From Callorhinchus milii (lineage: Eukaryota), in the NCBI RefSeq assembly GCF_018977255.1, contig NW_024704742.1, positions 38,752,001 to 38,816,000 of the forward strand: a stretch of DNA of 64,000 nucleotides, given 5' to 3'. The notes under the pieces were generated by a model. The model did no database searches. It saw only the letters and a list, made by a program, of their open reading frames with translations, and was not told the origin of the DNA. Positions 26,438 through 39,764 of the stretch are shown here, piece after piece. Position 1 is the stretch's first letter. Every line of letters begins with the position of its first letter. Made by a program: the position numbers and the translations under genes.

Positions 26438-28746
26438 ACCTTTCCAAATTCCTGGTGGTACGTTTGTGTTTATGAAAACAAACGACGTATGAAGTTTCGC
26501 ATGCACATGTTAATTTGCGCAGTTGACACTTTATATACGTTTGCATGCAATATGTACAGAGTGTGTTGTGAGGAAGTCTCGTTGAAGCAAACAAAACATT
26601 TAAACATATTGATTCACTGAACCAATATTAATGCACAAACATATTATGGTTTAATTTGTGTGTTGAGTTAACAACCCATGTAGTAAATTTGTGGATTGTG
26701 TTAACCATGTGCTAACACTGGGGAACAATGGGCCCAGAGGAATTTCAGGTGACTTGAATTATATAATTGATAACCAATGAATTAAAAGTGATTCTGTAAA
26801 TTTAACTATAGTTTGTTAATTATACAATTAAGTTTAGCTTTATGCATTTGCACCTGGTTTACCCACCCGACAGATTAGACTCCATTGTATAAACACTGTA
26901 ATTAAGTAATCAATCTTGCATTTGATGTAATACCTTATCACGTTGAAATGTCTCATTGAAAAGTGCATCATGCAATTGAGTGGGCACTTGAGCTGGTGCA
27001 GGTTGGTGGGCGTAGGAAAGGTGACTCAAAACATGATTGAAAAGATAGGCCACAAGGTAGGCTTTAAAGGTGGGAAGGAAGTTGTAAAGCAGAGGAACAG
27101 GATAATAATAATAATGACACATGATAGTAATTTTTACAATTTGTAATTTCTATTTGCTACAAAGCCTTTCACATCAGGAGGACACCTCAAAGCACTTTAC
27201 AGGATACACTGTATAGTACAGTGACTGTGTGGTTTGTGGGATGGAGTTCCAGAGAGCAGGGGGATGGCAGGAAAGTTGCCCAACAAGAGTGCGGTGAGCA
27301 GATTGTACAGGGGACATGAAGCAGACCAGAGCTGAGTGTGCTACCAACTGAGCCAAGATGATGAAGGATGTTATAATATTAAGAGTTGTTGCAAATTAGA
27401 ACTGAATTTTACTTTTATGCCGCAGACTATAGATCACAATTGTATCAGCAGATCTGAAATTTTTGTATTTATCGTTTGTCTTAATTTAAGTTTGCTTGCT
27501 TCACTTGACGTGTTTTAATGATGCAATGTTCTTCTGATTTAATCTCCGTGAAAAGCTGTGGTATTAAGTGCGGCAGTTTATGAAAATTCATATAACAGAT
27601 CTGATTCCCAATAACACAGTATAACAAGCAACTTCTCATTGTAGGCTCCATCCTCACAGGCTTCACCTTTCATTAAAATAACTTTGGCTTTCACTGTGCA
27701 GGAAGCTGCGTGCAGCTTGGGAAGTAAACGGGGTTCTGGAGCTTGCAACAGAGCTGATCGGAAAATGAGAGTGAACTGTACAAGCCTCAAACAAATTAGT
27801 GAAAGGCTGAGACTATCTCCCTGCAGGAAAGGAAAGAGAGCCTCTTGGCTGCTGCATTCTTATCTCTGGAGATAAAAACAAACTCTCATTAGCAGAGGAG
27901 CATCAGAAAGTCTCTCCAAGAATGCAAAGCATTTACGTTCTTGACTAGTTGTACATTGACACGAGGAAAAATAAATTGGAGATGATAGGGAGATGGAGCA
28001 TAATAACTGATTAAAAAGAACAAAGCCAGGCATTACACGCTATATATTAGTTACTGCGTTGCATGGATCATGCGCCTTTGTACTGCAACATCTTTTTTTT
28101 ATATAAAGCAGTCTGACCCGATTGTGCGGCTTGTGTTCAGCACTGCCTTGTAGTGAAGTCAGATGCCTGGGATTAACTTCCATTCCTTAGCTAAGGTTAC
28201 AATTGCATGCATGTTGAATATTGCGTGTGTTTGTCCTCTGCGCTGTCCTTGTGCACTCTTGGTTAACCCTAAGTGATCAATTTGAAATCAACTTCACTTT
28301 TTGGGTATTTAGGTTATTCAAACCTTTTCAGCACGTTTGGGGTGAAATTGTGTTAGCTGCTAAAGTTGACATTGTGTGACTGGTGGAATTTAACCCATTG
28401 TTTGCTGTTGCTTGCACAACATGTCTCCATATTCCCATTTATCAAACCAGCCTGTTTAAAGGAGCATTGTTAGCAACGTTAGAGTGAAAAAGTGCTTGTC
28501 AAACTTTTTATAAACACTCAAAGCAACGAATGAAAACATTTCCCAACACGAAGATGTTCTGCAAATTGATGCAAACGAAAAAGAAATTTTACTGACATTT
28601 CATGATAGTGATGGTGCCACTACAAACCAGGCCAACCATTCTGCCCTTCTCCCACGTAGCAGCTTTCTCCTACCCGCCTAACTAGGACCCTGGATAGGAA
28701 CAAGCGTGTGACACATTGACTTGAAAACTACACCGATGCCTCTCAC

Positions 28747-28880
28747 CCCTGTGTCTTTCATCAGGCGCTGACTTGGCCTCCTGCAGCTGCTGTGCAGAGG
28801 TCAGGTCAGGGAACTCGGCATCGCTGAGATATCGGGTCATTATGGAGGTCGTGTGGGTTGGCGTGATGTACAGGGCTTCC
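28747..28880 (-). CDS. Candidate internal coding exon (134 nt), product unknown
   Basis: CCCCCACAG acceptor, GGG|GTGAGA donor; open frame EALYITPTHTTSIMTRYLSDAEFPDLTSAQQLQEAKSAPDERHR with mostly G/C-ending codons in an AT-rich context; no homolog recognised. Confidence 0.35.
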
Positions 28881-29567
28881 CTGTGGGGGACACACTTTAT
28901 GTCCTGAGGTGCTTTTTCTGGCCTAAGGCATCATTTACGATGCCTTTTTAACCCCTAGAGCCATTCGCCACCACTAAAAGTCCTGCCACAAGCTGCCTGA
29001 CTGCATGCGATTGAACTTGTGCACTGCACTAAAGGGAATTGTGTACAAGCCACACGCAAGCCAATAAACACACCATAGTTTGGTGTGCATTGGACCTTTA
29101 GAAGAACTCATCTTAACTGTGATATTTTATGACAACTCATATTGCAAAGTAGATGATTGCCCCTCCACCTGCTGTGTTATTGAATTGTACAAGAAGGCTC
29201 AGGTGGCTGGATTCATCAGGGCGCAGTGAGGGCTTTTACGGTTGGCCTCAGCATTTTGGGGTTTGGAAGGGTAAAACAAACCAAGATTCCTATACATGGC
29301 AATCTAGTACACCACCACATCTCCAAGCTAGAGAGTCACATGTTTGGACATTGGGTCGAGACAGATCGGGTATGGCATTGATTTCCCACCTCCATGGTGG
29401 AATAACCTACTAACAACTCACTACGCAATGATCGCACACTGGAGAACATATGGCGTCCCTGAATAATTCCCTTCGATGAATAAGTGCTTTTCATAGAGAA
29501 AATTGGAGAGGGAGAACAAGCAAACGGGAGGGAAATGCTTAGCACTTGCACAGGGGAATGCTTACCC

Positions 29568-30020
29568 GGCTTCACTGGCTCCCCATCCCCTGGAGGATTG
29601 AGTTCAAGCTCTTTATCCTCAACTTTAAAACCCTCCACAGTCTTGCTGGTCCCTACCTCTGCAACCTATTAAAACTTTAACAACCTGTCCTCTGCTTCTG
29701 CTTGGTGGGCATTGGCCTGCTCTACAGTCGATGGTTGAACCTTCAGCCTTTCTGCCCCCACCCTCTGAAACTTCATCCCGGAGCCCCTCCGCCTCGCCCC
29801 CTCCCTCTCCTCCTTTAACGAGCATCTCAAAACCTTCCTCTCCTACCATGCCTTTGGCCAACTTCCCACCCCCTCCTTGCCCCCCAACTCCTCTTGATTC
29901 AAACGACCCCCCCCCCCCACCAGCTCGGGTGCAAACTCTCACTGTGCAGTGCCTTGGGACATCCTCCTCGTGTGATAGGCGGTATATAAATGCAATTTGT
30001 TGTTATTTGTTGTTGTTATT
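29568..30020 (+). mobile_element. L2 LINE 3' end
   Basis: Translates LHWLPIPWRIEFKLFILNFKTLHSLAGPYLCNLL (L2 ORF2 C-terminal motif); C-rich UTR; tail GGTATATAAATGCAATTTG(TTG)n. Confidence 0.9.
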
Positions 30021-30580
30021 GTCAATACATTTGAATGTGCTTCAAGAAATCACTGTAAAGTGTAGTGACATCAATGTCCCATGAACAGCCATGAAGTGAA
30101 TGATCAATTTTATCTGTCAAATTCTTGAACAGGACAAACTCCCTCTCTTCTTCAAATCATGTCACGTGCTCCTAAAGGAGCTCCAACTGAGGCAGGCCGA
30201 CCAACACGTTTTATTGCCTTTTAAAGTTAATGAATGGCATGGGATTGTAACCAGAGCCTCATAATGAAAACAGTGTCAGTCGAGCACAGTTTATACACTG
30301 GGCGAGTTACTGGCACATCCAACGTATGTAGACAGTATAAAGAGGATAACAGTTAAGATTATGTTTTTTGGGTGATCAACACGACCTCCTGAGTTTTGCA
30401 GCAGGCGTTTGTGTTAATCTGATTTGGGCCAATCTTAAAACATTTTAAACTGTTGACTGATTTAAAGCTGTTAGTGTTGGTACTGCAGTCTTACATTGGA
30501 GTGCATTTAAGGGAGTCTTTCAGTGCAGGAAGCTCCTACATTGGTATTTTGTATGGAACAATAAAGTTTATCATTTATCA

Positions 30581-30817
30581 TGCAGAGCAGTGTTCCACAA
30601 ACAATCGTAGATTAAGTGACCAAATTAAAAAAAGTATTTGAAGGAATTATTACCTCCTGAAAAGCGATTTGCCAATCGACTAACAACTGGGTTCCTACTA
30701 ACTGCTAGGTAAACAGAGGTGTAAGGAAACTTGTCCAACATTTGGCCCGGCCCGGGAAACGAACCCAGGTCCTCTCGCTTGTGAGGCGAGTGTTCTAACC
30801 ACTAAGCTACAGGACTC
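30581..30817 (-). mobile_element. tRNA-SINE long form, head and centre
   Basis: Reverse complement GAGTCCTGTAGCTTAGTGGTTAGAAC..GGTTCGTTTCCC..TAGGAACCCAGTTGTTAGTCG. Confidence 0.9.
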
Positions 30818-30894
30818 AACCCTGTTACCCAGTGTTTTTTTATATACATTTCTCATTTGGAAGCTGTTATCAATGCAGTATTAAATTGTCAATA

Positions 30895-31090
30895 TTAAAA
30901 GTACCTTATCATGTTGGAAAAATTGTCTCAAAGCACTTCACAGGATTTTTATTGTGAAATGTAGTTGCTGTATTTTTCGCCGAACGCAGCAGCTAATTTG
31001 CACACAGCATTGTCACACAATCAGTCATAAAACGAATGACCAATTTTATCTGGAGGTTTATTGACCAGAATATCAGGAGATACTCTCTCC
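30895..31090 (-). mobile_element. Deu-SINE 3' half
   Basis: AAAGCACTTCACAGGA..AATTTGCACACAGC..GAATGACCAATTTTATCTGG. Confidence 0.75.
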
Positions 31091-33034
31091 TCTGTGTGTA
31101 TGTGCATGCATGTGGTTTGGGGGAGTATGTGTGAATTATATCTCCGATACCTCTGATTCATAATCATTGCATTCTGAATTACAAAATTTGAACTGAATAT
31201 TGCATCCCAATATCTCTTTGTGACTTAATCTCTTCATTGCCCCATATTTCTACACATCCAAACCTCAGTTACTGAGCCCTGAGCAAGAGACAGGACCGTT
31301 GTCTTCCATTTCATTACTGATCCATGGTTCTGTACCACACATGCAAGTATGTACCTGCATGTATGTACATTGATGTACATTAAATTTTGTTACACACAGT
31401 GAATTGAGAAATAACAAAAACTCGATTGAAAAAAAGGTGCCTCTATCGATGTGGGTGTATACTACATGGATTTGAGTATCTGCATATAGTATATCAGCAG
31501 GAAAGTCTCTATTTAGAAGTGACTGCAGTGTAGCCGGTATTTCCTAAAGGCTGAACAGAGCTCTGATGCTGGCGTGCCAAGCAGTCTTACTTTCCACTCT
31601 ACAGGAAATTTGTTACAGTGACTGAACGAGATGGGCACAGCTGCAGCTTCTGGTAGGGAGCTCAGCCTCACTGACTCTTGCACTTGCCCAGCTCCTTTTG
31701 AGAGGAAGTCAATGAAACAGGATACAGGCTGTTGGGAAAAAATACTTAGGTCAAATGACCTAGTTATTCATGTCAAATGGAAATTAAATAAAATGTTATA
31801 ACTTTTGAAGGATGAGGGCAAATTATATTACTTGTTCTTGCCTTGCCTATAAGGCAAGAACAAGTAATATATTGGGGGGGCAGATTTACAGATAAGCTGC
31901 TTCCAAAGTTCATTGCGGGGATGGTGACCTCTTAAGTTATTACGTTTTGACATGTAGCACATTGCCATGTGGTGCTTGTACAGATGAGCAAGGTTAGAGT
32001 TTAAGAAGAAAGGAAAAGTAATTTGTCTGTGACACATTTCTGGAGTAAAATGTTTTGGTTAGGAACAGAAAAACACCATCATGTGTCATAACCGTTGAGT
32101 TGCTCCATGTCTCAGAAACCATCAGGAAACTCCTACAAAGCACTTGGGTACGGATTAAAAAGGGTCACCGGCCACGTGTGCTGGGGCTTGGGGGAGTGAG
32201 AAATGTAACGGCGAAGGGGAGATGTGAAGAGCAGAGCAAGATGTAATAGAGGTTAGATAGGGTGGGCCGGCAAGATCTGTCAGATCTGATTAAGATCAAC
32301 TGTCTTTATGGATTGTGTCTATGGGGGAATTTTACAGTGTGTCATGCAATTATTTGCCATCAAAACCAGACATTTGTTTAGGCTATCACATTCTGATCAA
32401 TAACCCAGGCAACAATTCAGCCTTGTTTTGAGTTGTGCCTCACTTTCCATCAAGAATATTCTGTAATGTTTAAAGACAACTTCAGTGCAGGTTTCTAATT
32501 TCATCCTTGTTTTCCCTTTTGCCATCTTTCATAGACTAAATCACAAAAGTCATAAAACCCAAACGTGCGCCATGTTCTTTGACAAACCATCACAACACAA
32601 TAAAAGACAAAGCACAGCAATATTGGATATTGCCAAATGTTACGGCATTTGTTTTTTTTAATATGTATCCTTTGAAAGGTTTGTAAAGATTATTAGTGTC
32701 TCCACTTTGCAAAGCAACAGTGGAAACCCTGTGTAATCTCTCAAACATGTCGGTGACCAGGCTGTGTAGATTTGATCTGACTGTTTTTCAAAGTGGGCCA
32801 TCAACGAGACAGGATGTAACACAGGAACAAGACAGATCTCCTTCAACTCACGCATGTTGGACACAGTTTCGAGTGACAGTTAGCAAGGGTCTGAGATTTC
32901 TCATATTCTTAGCCTTAAGATTTATGTTCAGTTTGGATTTTGCAAAAAATCTTCATTGCTGGTTTACAGGTTTCAAAAAGTGTTGTTGCGAAAAAGTGAC
33001 TTCCAAATTAAAGATTTTCCAAAATTCACACCCA

Positions 33035-33150
33035 TCCACCTTGCCCTCCACCCCTTTTGAATCGAATCCCCAGCTCTGGTGAAAACCCCTGACTGTTCAG
33101 TGCCTTGGGACGTCCTCCCGACATGAATTCAATTTGTTGTTGTTGTTGTT
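33035..33150 (+). mobile_element. L2 3' terminal fragment
   Basis: CCCCAGCTC..CAGTGCCTTGGGACGTCCTCCCGACATGAA..(TTG)n. Confidence 0.8.
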
Positions 33151-34214
33151 GCCTGATCTTACAAGAAAATTATGGTCTTAAGACTGAGACTATGAAAAAA
33201 TAATGTCCTCCTATAAAAAACACAGATAAAGTTACTGCCTTCTTTCATTTAATTATTTTGTAATTAAATACATTCATTGAATGTGAACAAAATAGAGAGA
33301 AGGAAGAGTGAATGCGAGAAGTTGCTGTTAACGCTATAAATTTTTGGTGCTTGTGGAGACATTTCTTCAGAAAGGAGACATTCATTGCTGTTTGTGTTGC
33401 TGAACTCTGTCATTTTCAAAAAGTTACGATCTTTGAAATGAGCCCTGACAGAAAGTTTCACAATTCCTCAATAATAAAAAGGTCAGTGAAATTTCTTTGT
33501 TGTTTTGTTGTGCGTTCTATTTCATTAAAAAAAATTGTAGCCTGCAACATAACCCAACAGAAAATTCCTGTTCTCTCGATTTCTTTGGTCTTACTGCTTG
33601 TTTTAAAATAGGAGAGTTTTAAAGATTAGTTGGTGGAGGTAGGTGATGGTGTTGGTGGGGGTGGGGAAGCAAACCTATTTAAGCTGTTCCCTGCCTGTGT
33701 GTGACATGCTTGAATCTGGCACCTGAACTGGTAAACAGCTGCTGGCTGACTAGAAGAACATATGCTCGGTGTAACCTTGTCCAAAACCAGCAGGCATCTG
33801 TATCCCAGTTTTAATTTACACAAGGCACTAGCACTGGCTGTTAGTTTTCAGCTGTATAAACAGTTTTTCAGATTGACTGTCCAACGGCTTCTCCATCGCT
33901 TCCTTTACAGTTAGAGTATTTGGAACATGCAAAACCATAGTGCAGTTTTCAAAGCCATTACTTTGCGCGGAAATCTGTTTACAATTAGGTCCCATTGTAC
34001 CAATCACTTGCAGTAGCAGACACACCTTGTCTTGCACTACAAAACAAATAAGCCCTTCTTGGAAATAAATATTGTGTATCAAAACGGGAACTTTAGATTG
34101 CACTGATGGACTGGGTCTAACAACTTCTGTATTGCACACGACACTGCCTTTTAAATATTCCCCTCTTTTCAGTTCTATTCGAGCACTCAGACTGTTTTTT
34201 TGCAAAGGAAATCA

Positions 34215-34495
34215 TCGCCTACAAATACATAGTGCCTATACTTCATGGTTAATCTTGCGAAGAACTTTGAGACGTTTTGACAATATGATAAGATGCTATA
34301 TCAAATGCGTTATTATTATTCATCAGCCCTAAGTTTGTGCCAGGATTCCCAGAGAAACAGCAAGGAAGGTGTGAATACATCAGTGAACTACAAAATACAC
34401 ACAATCACAGCACTTTACAGTATATCCTGAGAAGTACATTGAGCTGTTTCGATGACATGATAAGGCGTGATATCAAATGCAAGGATAATTATTAA
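34215..34495 (+). mobile_element. Two SINE tail fragments in tandem
   Basis: TATATCAAATGCGTTATTATT (~34320) and TATCAAATGCAAGGATAATT (~34490). Confidence 0.75.
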
Positions 34496-35651
34496 ACCTG
34501 GCTTGAGACACATTCTATTTTGATATATCTGCTTTCCAATTCAATCTGTTGCAGCGAAAGCAGTTGAAATAGGGCTTTGAGAGATGCTGAAGCATATAGA
34601 GTTGTTTGGAACCACTGGATGTATTGCAGCTGATTGATAACTCAGCAAAGATTAGAACCTGGTACAGATATAATTCCAGATTTTTACACAGATTACACAG
34701 ATTTTTCACAACGGCTTCAAGTTTTCATTTAACATTTTTTAAACAAAACTAACACAAGGAATATGCTGATTAAACAGATCCATGGTTTAATTGGATTATA
34801 ATTTTATGATGCAAATGTTTCAGCTGAAGGTGATTTCTTCGTCCGGAAACTGCTTGGGTCTCATGATTTACATAAGTCTAATTTATAAGACATTTTCTGG
34901 GTGTGCAGTGAAACTCGATGCAAAAGAAAACGACTTCAGAAGCAATGAATTACTACTCAAAGGATGCTTACAATGACATGGTATCCCAAAAAAATGCATG
35001 TTTTTTCCCCTTTGATAAATATTCAAGAATTTACAAATGTAAACTCAAGGTTAAGGGGAGTGTCCTTTTAACTTACTCGGGGAAGCATAGACTTTCTTTA
35101 TGAAGTGAGCTTACTGAATTGAGAGTTCAGGGTTTCTCTTGGCTTTAAAAGCTTTGGAGTGTTCCTCGTTCTTTATCCATTGTGCTGTCTTTTCAGAGAG
35201 CAGCTTTTCCCAGCAAATCTGAGTTAGTGAAGACCTGACAGAATAAAGCACAGCCTCAAACTCACTAAAGTGAATCGGCAGTCTGAGACATGAAGGAGTG
35301 CACACACTTATCAAAAGCATCTTGAAGGCAGGAACTAAGTTCTACACAAAAGCATTAGACATTCCTTTGGTTTCTCAGTGAGTGTGAGAGATGATTCCTT
35401 GCAGTATCTTTGAAAGCCCACATGCAAAACAAATTGGCATGAAACATCCAGTGCAATTGATCAGAAAATTACCGTAACCTTTTTATTTGTAGTGGGCAAA
35501 AACAACAACAGCTGCAGAACACGTTGAAGCAATTAATCAAAGATAAATGCAGTTAGACTGTTATTTTCAGATAACTTGGAAGAATTTGATGGTAGCCAGA
35601 TAGATTACTTTCACTAAATGTTTACCTGCTGCTCTTTCAAACCTCCCTCAG

Positions 35652-35925
35652 TCTACACTAAACACAGTACACCATATACACATACATATACACACCTATG
35701 CACACAGTACAACATACACACACACACACCATATGCACACAATACACCACATACACCATATTCACAGAGTACACCACATACACATACACACCATACGGAC
35801 AGGACCCCATATGCACACACACATGTATGCACCACACCACATACGCGACATCAAATCCATATCCACATACCAAACCACATATACAATGTACACACACACA
35901 CACAATCCACATACACATACATAAG
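35652..35925. repeat. Degenerate (CA)n/CATA low-complexity microsatellite
   Basis: CACACACACACC, ATACACATAC and CACCATA units; produces the H/T-rich and V/C-rich overlapping ORFs. Confidence 0.9.
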
Positions 35926-37179
35926 CACCAATTCTCCATAGAGATTATCCCTCTTGTTCGTCATCTCTTACATGGTACGATTGGACTGACAGCACTCTTA
36001 GTAAAAACTTGACTATTCAGGTAGTAGTGTCCAATAAAGAAAGGTGAATTGCTCTGATTCAATAGCAATAGCCCACAGTGTTGAACAATAATACAATCAG
36101 GTCAGTCATAAAGAATCTGGACAGATATACCAAACTTCCACAACAGTTTACCAACCACTGATAGTGATAACACAGAGTATATGTGAACTGAAGTTGAACT
36201 GAATTAAACAGGATATATGTGAAATGAACTGATCAATTTCTTTAGATGTAAAGTGGTTATAAGAGACAGATGAATCACAAGAAATGCTTAATTATTGGAC
36301 ACATATGTGGTACTCCTGCATCTTCTTGAACTGCCTCCTTCCATGCCTTCCATACCTAATCTTGTGTGAGCTGGTAACATTAAGATATTATGTCATTGCA
36401 TAGTTGTAGGTTAGCCTCTGTATGACACAGCAGGGATTATTCTCCACTGTCTACTCCATACAACTATTCTTTGATCTAGACTAAATGCTATTCCATTTCA
36501 TACAATACGTTTTGGAAAGTTGTCCTTGTGATCCTACAATGTAATTTTATACAACAGTACAAATAGCATTTATATAGCACTTTTCACATTGTTAGGACAT
36601 CCCAAGACACTGGACAGCCAAGAGGTTGCATTCATTGGAAGGTGGAATCAAGAAGGGTGGAGAGCAATTATTATTATTATTTTAATTTTGGGGGGAGTGA
36701 CCACATTTTTAATTTTTTTATAACTGACTGATTGTACTTTTTAGAACCGATAGGGTGACGTTTTTATAGTACAAGTAATTTGACAATAACAATATAAAAT
36801 AAAATTTGTATTATTAAAATTGTATTAATTACAACGTTCATATGGGCACATGGACAAGTTTGCAAAAAGGTTCTGATTTGAGAACAGCGCATTGCTCATA
36901 TAAAAGTATTAGCCACATAGAGTGTGTGGAGTACAATAACCAAAAATTGTTGAGAGAAAAGTTCTTTATTTTATTCTCTGTTTGAGCTCTGGCTGTTATG
37001 AACTATTCCATGGTGCAGTAGGAAGAACAGGTCTGCTCTGAATGAATGACAAACATGTGATCCAGTAGTCCGGAGGAACACCGACACTTCACTGAAGGTC
37101 TTAATGGAACTGAACAAATGAAAGGAACACATTCCTCTTTTTTCCCTGTTAAATATACCATGACACATTAGAGAAGCTT

Positions 37180-37370
37180 CTCCTGATGTTCTGACCAACA
37201 ATTCTCCAGATAAATTGTTCATTTACATCATGATTATTTGTGGGAGATTGCTATTCGCAAAATTGCCTCCGCTTGTTTGCCTGCAAAATATAGTCACTGC
37301 ACATTGCAGTAAACTCTGTGAAACACTTTGAAATGTTTTCAATATCAAATGCAAGGATTATGATGATTAT
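37180..37370 (+). mobile_element. Deu-SINE 3' half
   Basis: CTCCTGATGTTCTGACCAACAATTCTCCAGATAAATTG..TATCAAATGCAAGGATTA. Confidence 0.75.
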
Positions 37371-37729
37371 TTTTTATAATTTGGGAGCTGTTTCTTTTAG
37401 TCCTTAATTGTCTTGCCAATCTCTCATTGGTTTTACTTTGTTCATCTGCTTGCTGGCGCTCCTTATATTTCGTGGTCCTGCTCTTTGGATCTGATGAATT
37501 GCAGTCGTTAGATAGTTATGTTGATACTGCTATTTTCCAAAAACACATCTCTGGCACTCACATTTAGGAAAAATCAAGTCTAAAGTACAAATCAGTAGCC
37601 CTTCACAAACATTATTGAGGTAATATATTAGCCGTTTCATCATCATGTCAAATTGGTAATGAAACGTCACACATTTCACCCCCTTTTCTTTGTTTTGTTC
37701 TGACTCCAGTTTTCTTTCCTGATTCAGAA

Positions 37730-38058
37730 TCCTAGGCATCTCCCTACATTTCCGACCTCCGCACTCCCCAATCCACCACCCCGGCGCCTCCGCTCGACTG
37801 GCACCGGCCTCCTGCTTCTCCCTCGCACACTCTGCTCCACCATCGAAGGTTGCACTTTCAGCCACTATGCCTCGAAACACTGGAACACTCTCCTTCAATC
37901 CCTCAGCCTTGCCGCCTCTCCCCCTTTTCAGGTCCCACCTGAAAACCTTCCTTTTCGACCGTGCTCATAATCCCCTCCCCCACCCCTTGAAGTCAGGCTC
38001 CGCGCCCTGAGACTCTACCCCGCTTGGAGGGTGCTATACAAGTGCAAGTTGTTGTTGA
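37730..38058 (+). mobile_element. L2 LINE 3' end
   Basis: CCCTACATTTCCGACCTC..CACCTGAAAACCTTCCTTTTCGACCGTGC..GGTGCTATACAAGTGCAAGTTGTTGTT. Confidence 0.85.
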
Positions 38059-38333
38059 AGGTGCAGGCTGATAGTGGGATGTGCACATGTATGGGTCTCT
38101 GGCTTGTACTCATGTGTGAATCCAGAGAATGAATATCGATGGGATGTGGAGAACTTCATACCCAAATCAAATCTTGTCCTCGTGCGCAATTTCCGTAGGG
38201 GAGTCACTGGCCAGTGATCAAGAGTAGGAACGATGATTTTTCCCTGTGTATTGGGCTAGTGGCTAGCCAAGGGGACTGAGATTAATTGAAGTGCTCCTAA
38301 CCATTACTCTGCCTGAGGGGAGCTAGCTCAATG

Positions 38334-38703
38334 TAATAATAATAATAATACTCCTTGCATTTCACATAGCGCCTTATCACATCTTCGAGACGTCTCAAAG
38401 CGCTTCACAGGATATACTGCAAAGAATTGACTTTTTTTGTGAGCGAAATGAGGCTGCCAATAGCGCACAGCAGTGTCCCACAAACAGTTGTAAATTTAGT
38501 GACCAATTTATTATTTTTTTTAAAGAATTATTACCTCCGGGAAAGCGATCCGCCAATTGACTAACAACTGGGTTCCTACTTACTTCTAGGTAAACAGAGG
38601 TGTGTGGAGTAAGGAAACTTGCCCAACATTTCAGCCTACCGGGAATCGAACCCAGGTCTCTCTCTTGCGAGGCGAGTGCTCTAACCACTGAGCCACAGGA
38701 CTC
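38334..38703 (-). mobile_element. tRNA-SINE long form, full length
   Basis: Reverse complement GAGTCCTGTGGCTCAGTGGTTAGAGC..GGTTCGATTCCC, central block, tail, (ATT)n. Confidence 0.93.
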
Positions 38704-39444
38704 TGGGTCTACAGCGTAATCCTTATAGTGAACCTACCAATAATTTAAATGGTTACCTCACTCAGGTGGAACAATGGCACAACTATATAACATGATGAGC
38801 TCCCAGTAGTACTTAAGAACAGGGCAGCTCCACTCACCTGAGACCTCATCTGTCATCTGTTATTCAGCCAGATTCATTCATGTGTTGTATAAAATTCATA
38901 TCCTACCAAAAACAATCAGTATGTTTCAGAATGATATCATTGTTCTGGTTGAGTGAGATATGCATTTGAAAAATTTGCAGTGTTGTGAGGTTCATATTGG
39001 AAAACACCAGGGACTGCAGAAGCATGGTGTTATTTAATTACGTTCAAACATTGCATAAAATATCCGACAGAATCCGCCATGTTTTGTAACTATGTCACTT
39101 TCTACAACAGAAACCTATTATACCATTGTTCTCGTTGTCTGAGGCAAGTATCTGAATCATTTCTAGGGAACTTGTGAACCTAACATCATAAGACACTTGG
39201 GACTTCAGCAGTCTGGCATTATTCAGTCAGGTTCACACATTGTATAAAAATCATATCCAACAGGAACCCACTGTGTCTCCTCCATTTATACCTTTAAACA
39301 CTATGAATACACAGTGCCAACAATCAGCTTTGGCCCTTAGAGAAGGTTTTGCAAACTATTCCACTGAGGTTTCTATTCCATGTATTATTCATTTACATGG
39401 AGTGTTACGAAAAAAAAGGACTGCACTGTATGTTTTCACTTAAT

Positions 39445-39605
39445 GGTGAGACCAGTCAGTGGTACCTCTTTGTGGTTGTAGGTTCGATATCCGGTCTATG
39501 CTGAGCTAGCTGATCTCAAGCGGGGATGTGGTTAGAGACATTTCAATTGATCTCAGTATCCCTTAGCTACACCACTAACTCAATGCAGAGGGAAACATCA
39601 GCCAA
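39445..39605 (+). mobile_element. Old SINE-like repeat (GCTGATCTCA family)
   Basis: GGTTCGATATCCGGTCTATGCTGAGCTAGCTGATCTCA..GTTAGAGACATTTCAATTG; homologous to 58336-58560. Confidence 0.65.
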
Positions 39606-39764
39606 CTTCTGAAGTTTGAAATTCTACCTAGTCATAGCTTCTAAGGTAATTTTTGTCTTAATATTTAAGATTGCGCAGAATTGTAAAAAATTATTTAAAT
39701 TAAGTCTTATTTCAGGCTCCCTCCATGGATGCACTCTACATCTCATGGAGCCTATACGGAATCT

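Noticed and set aside
29625..30084. Pro-rich and Gly-rich ORFs
   Set aside because: Derived from the C-rich 3' end of an L2 LINE
33828..34205. 125-aa minus-strand ORF
   Set aside because: No recognisable homology or codon bias; length is compatible with chance
35618..36012. Overlapping His/Thr-rich and Val/Cys-rich ORFs
   Set aside because: Artefacts of a degenerate CA microsatellite
38838..38902. Minus-strand 65-nt segment with good acceptor and donor (TTTTTGGTAG / CAG|GTGAGT)
   Set aside because: All three frames contain stops; it could be a UTR exon but has no further support
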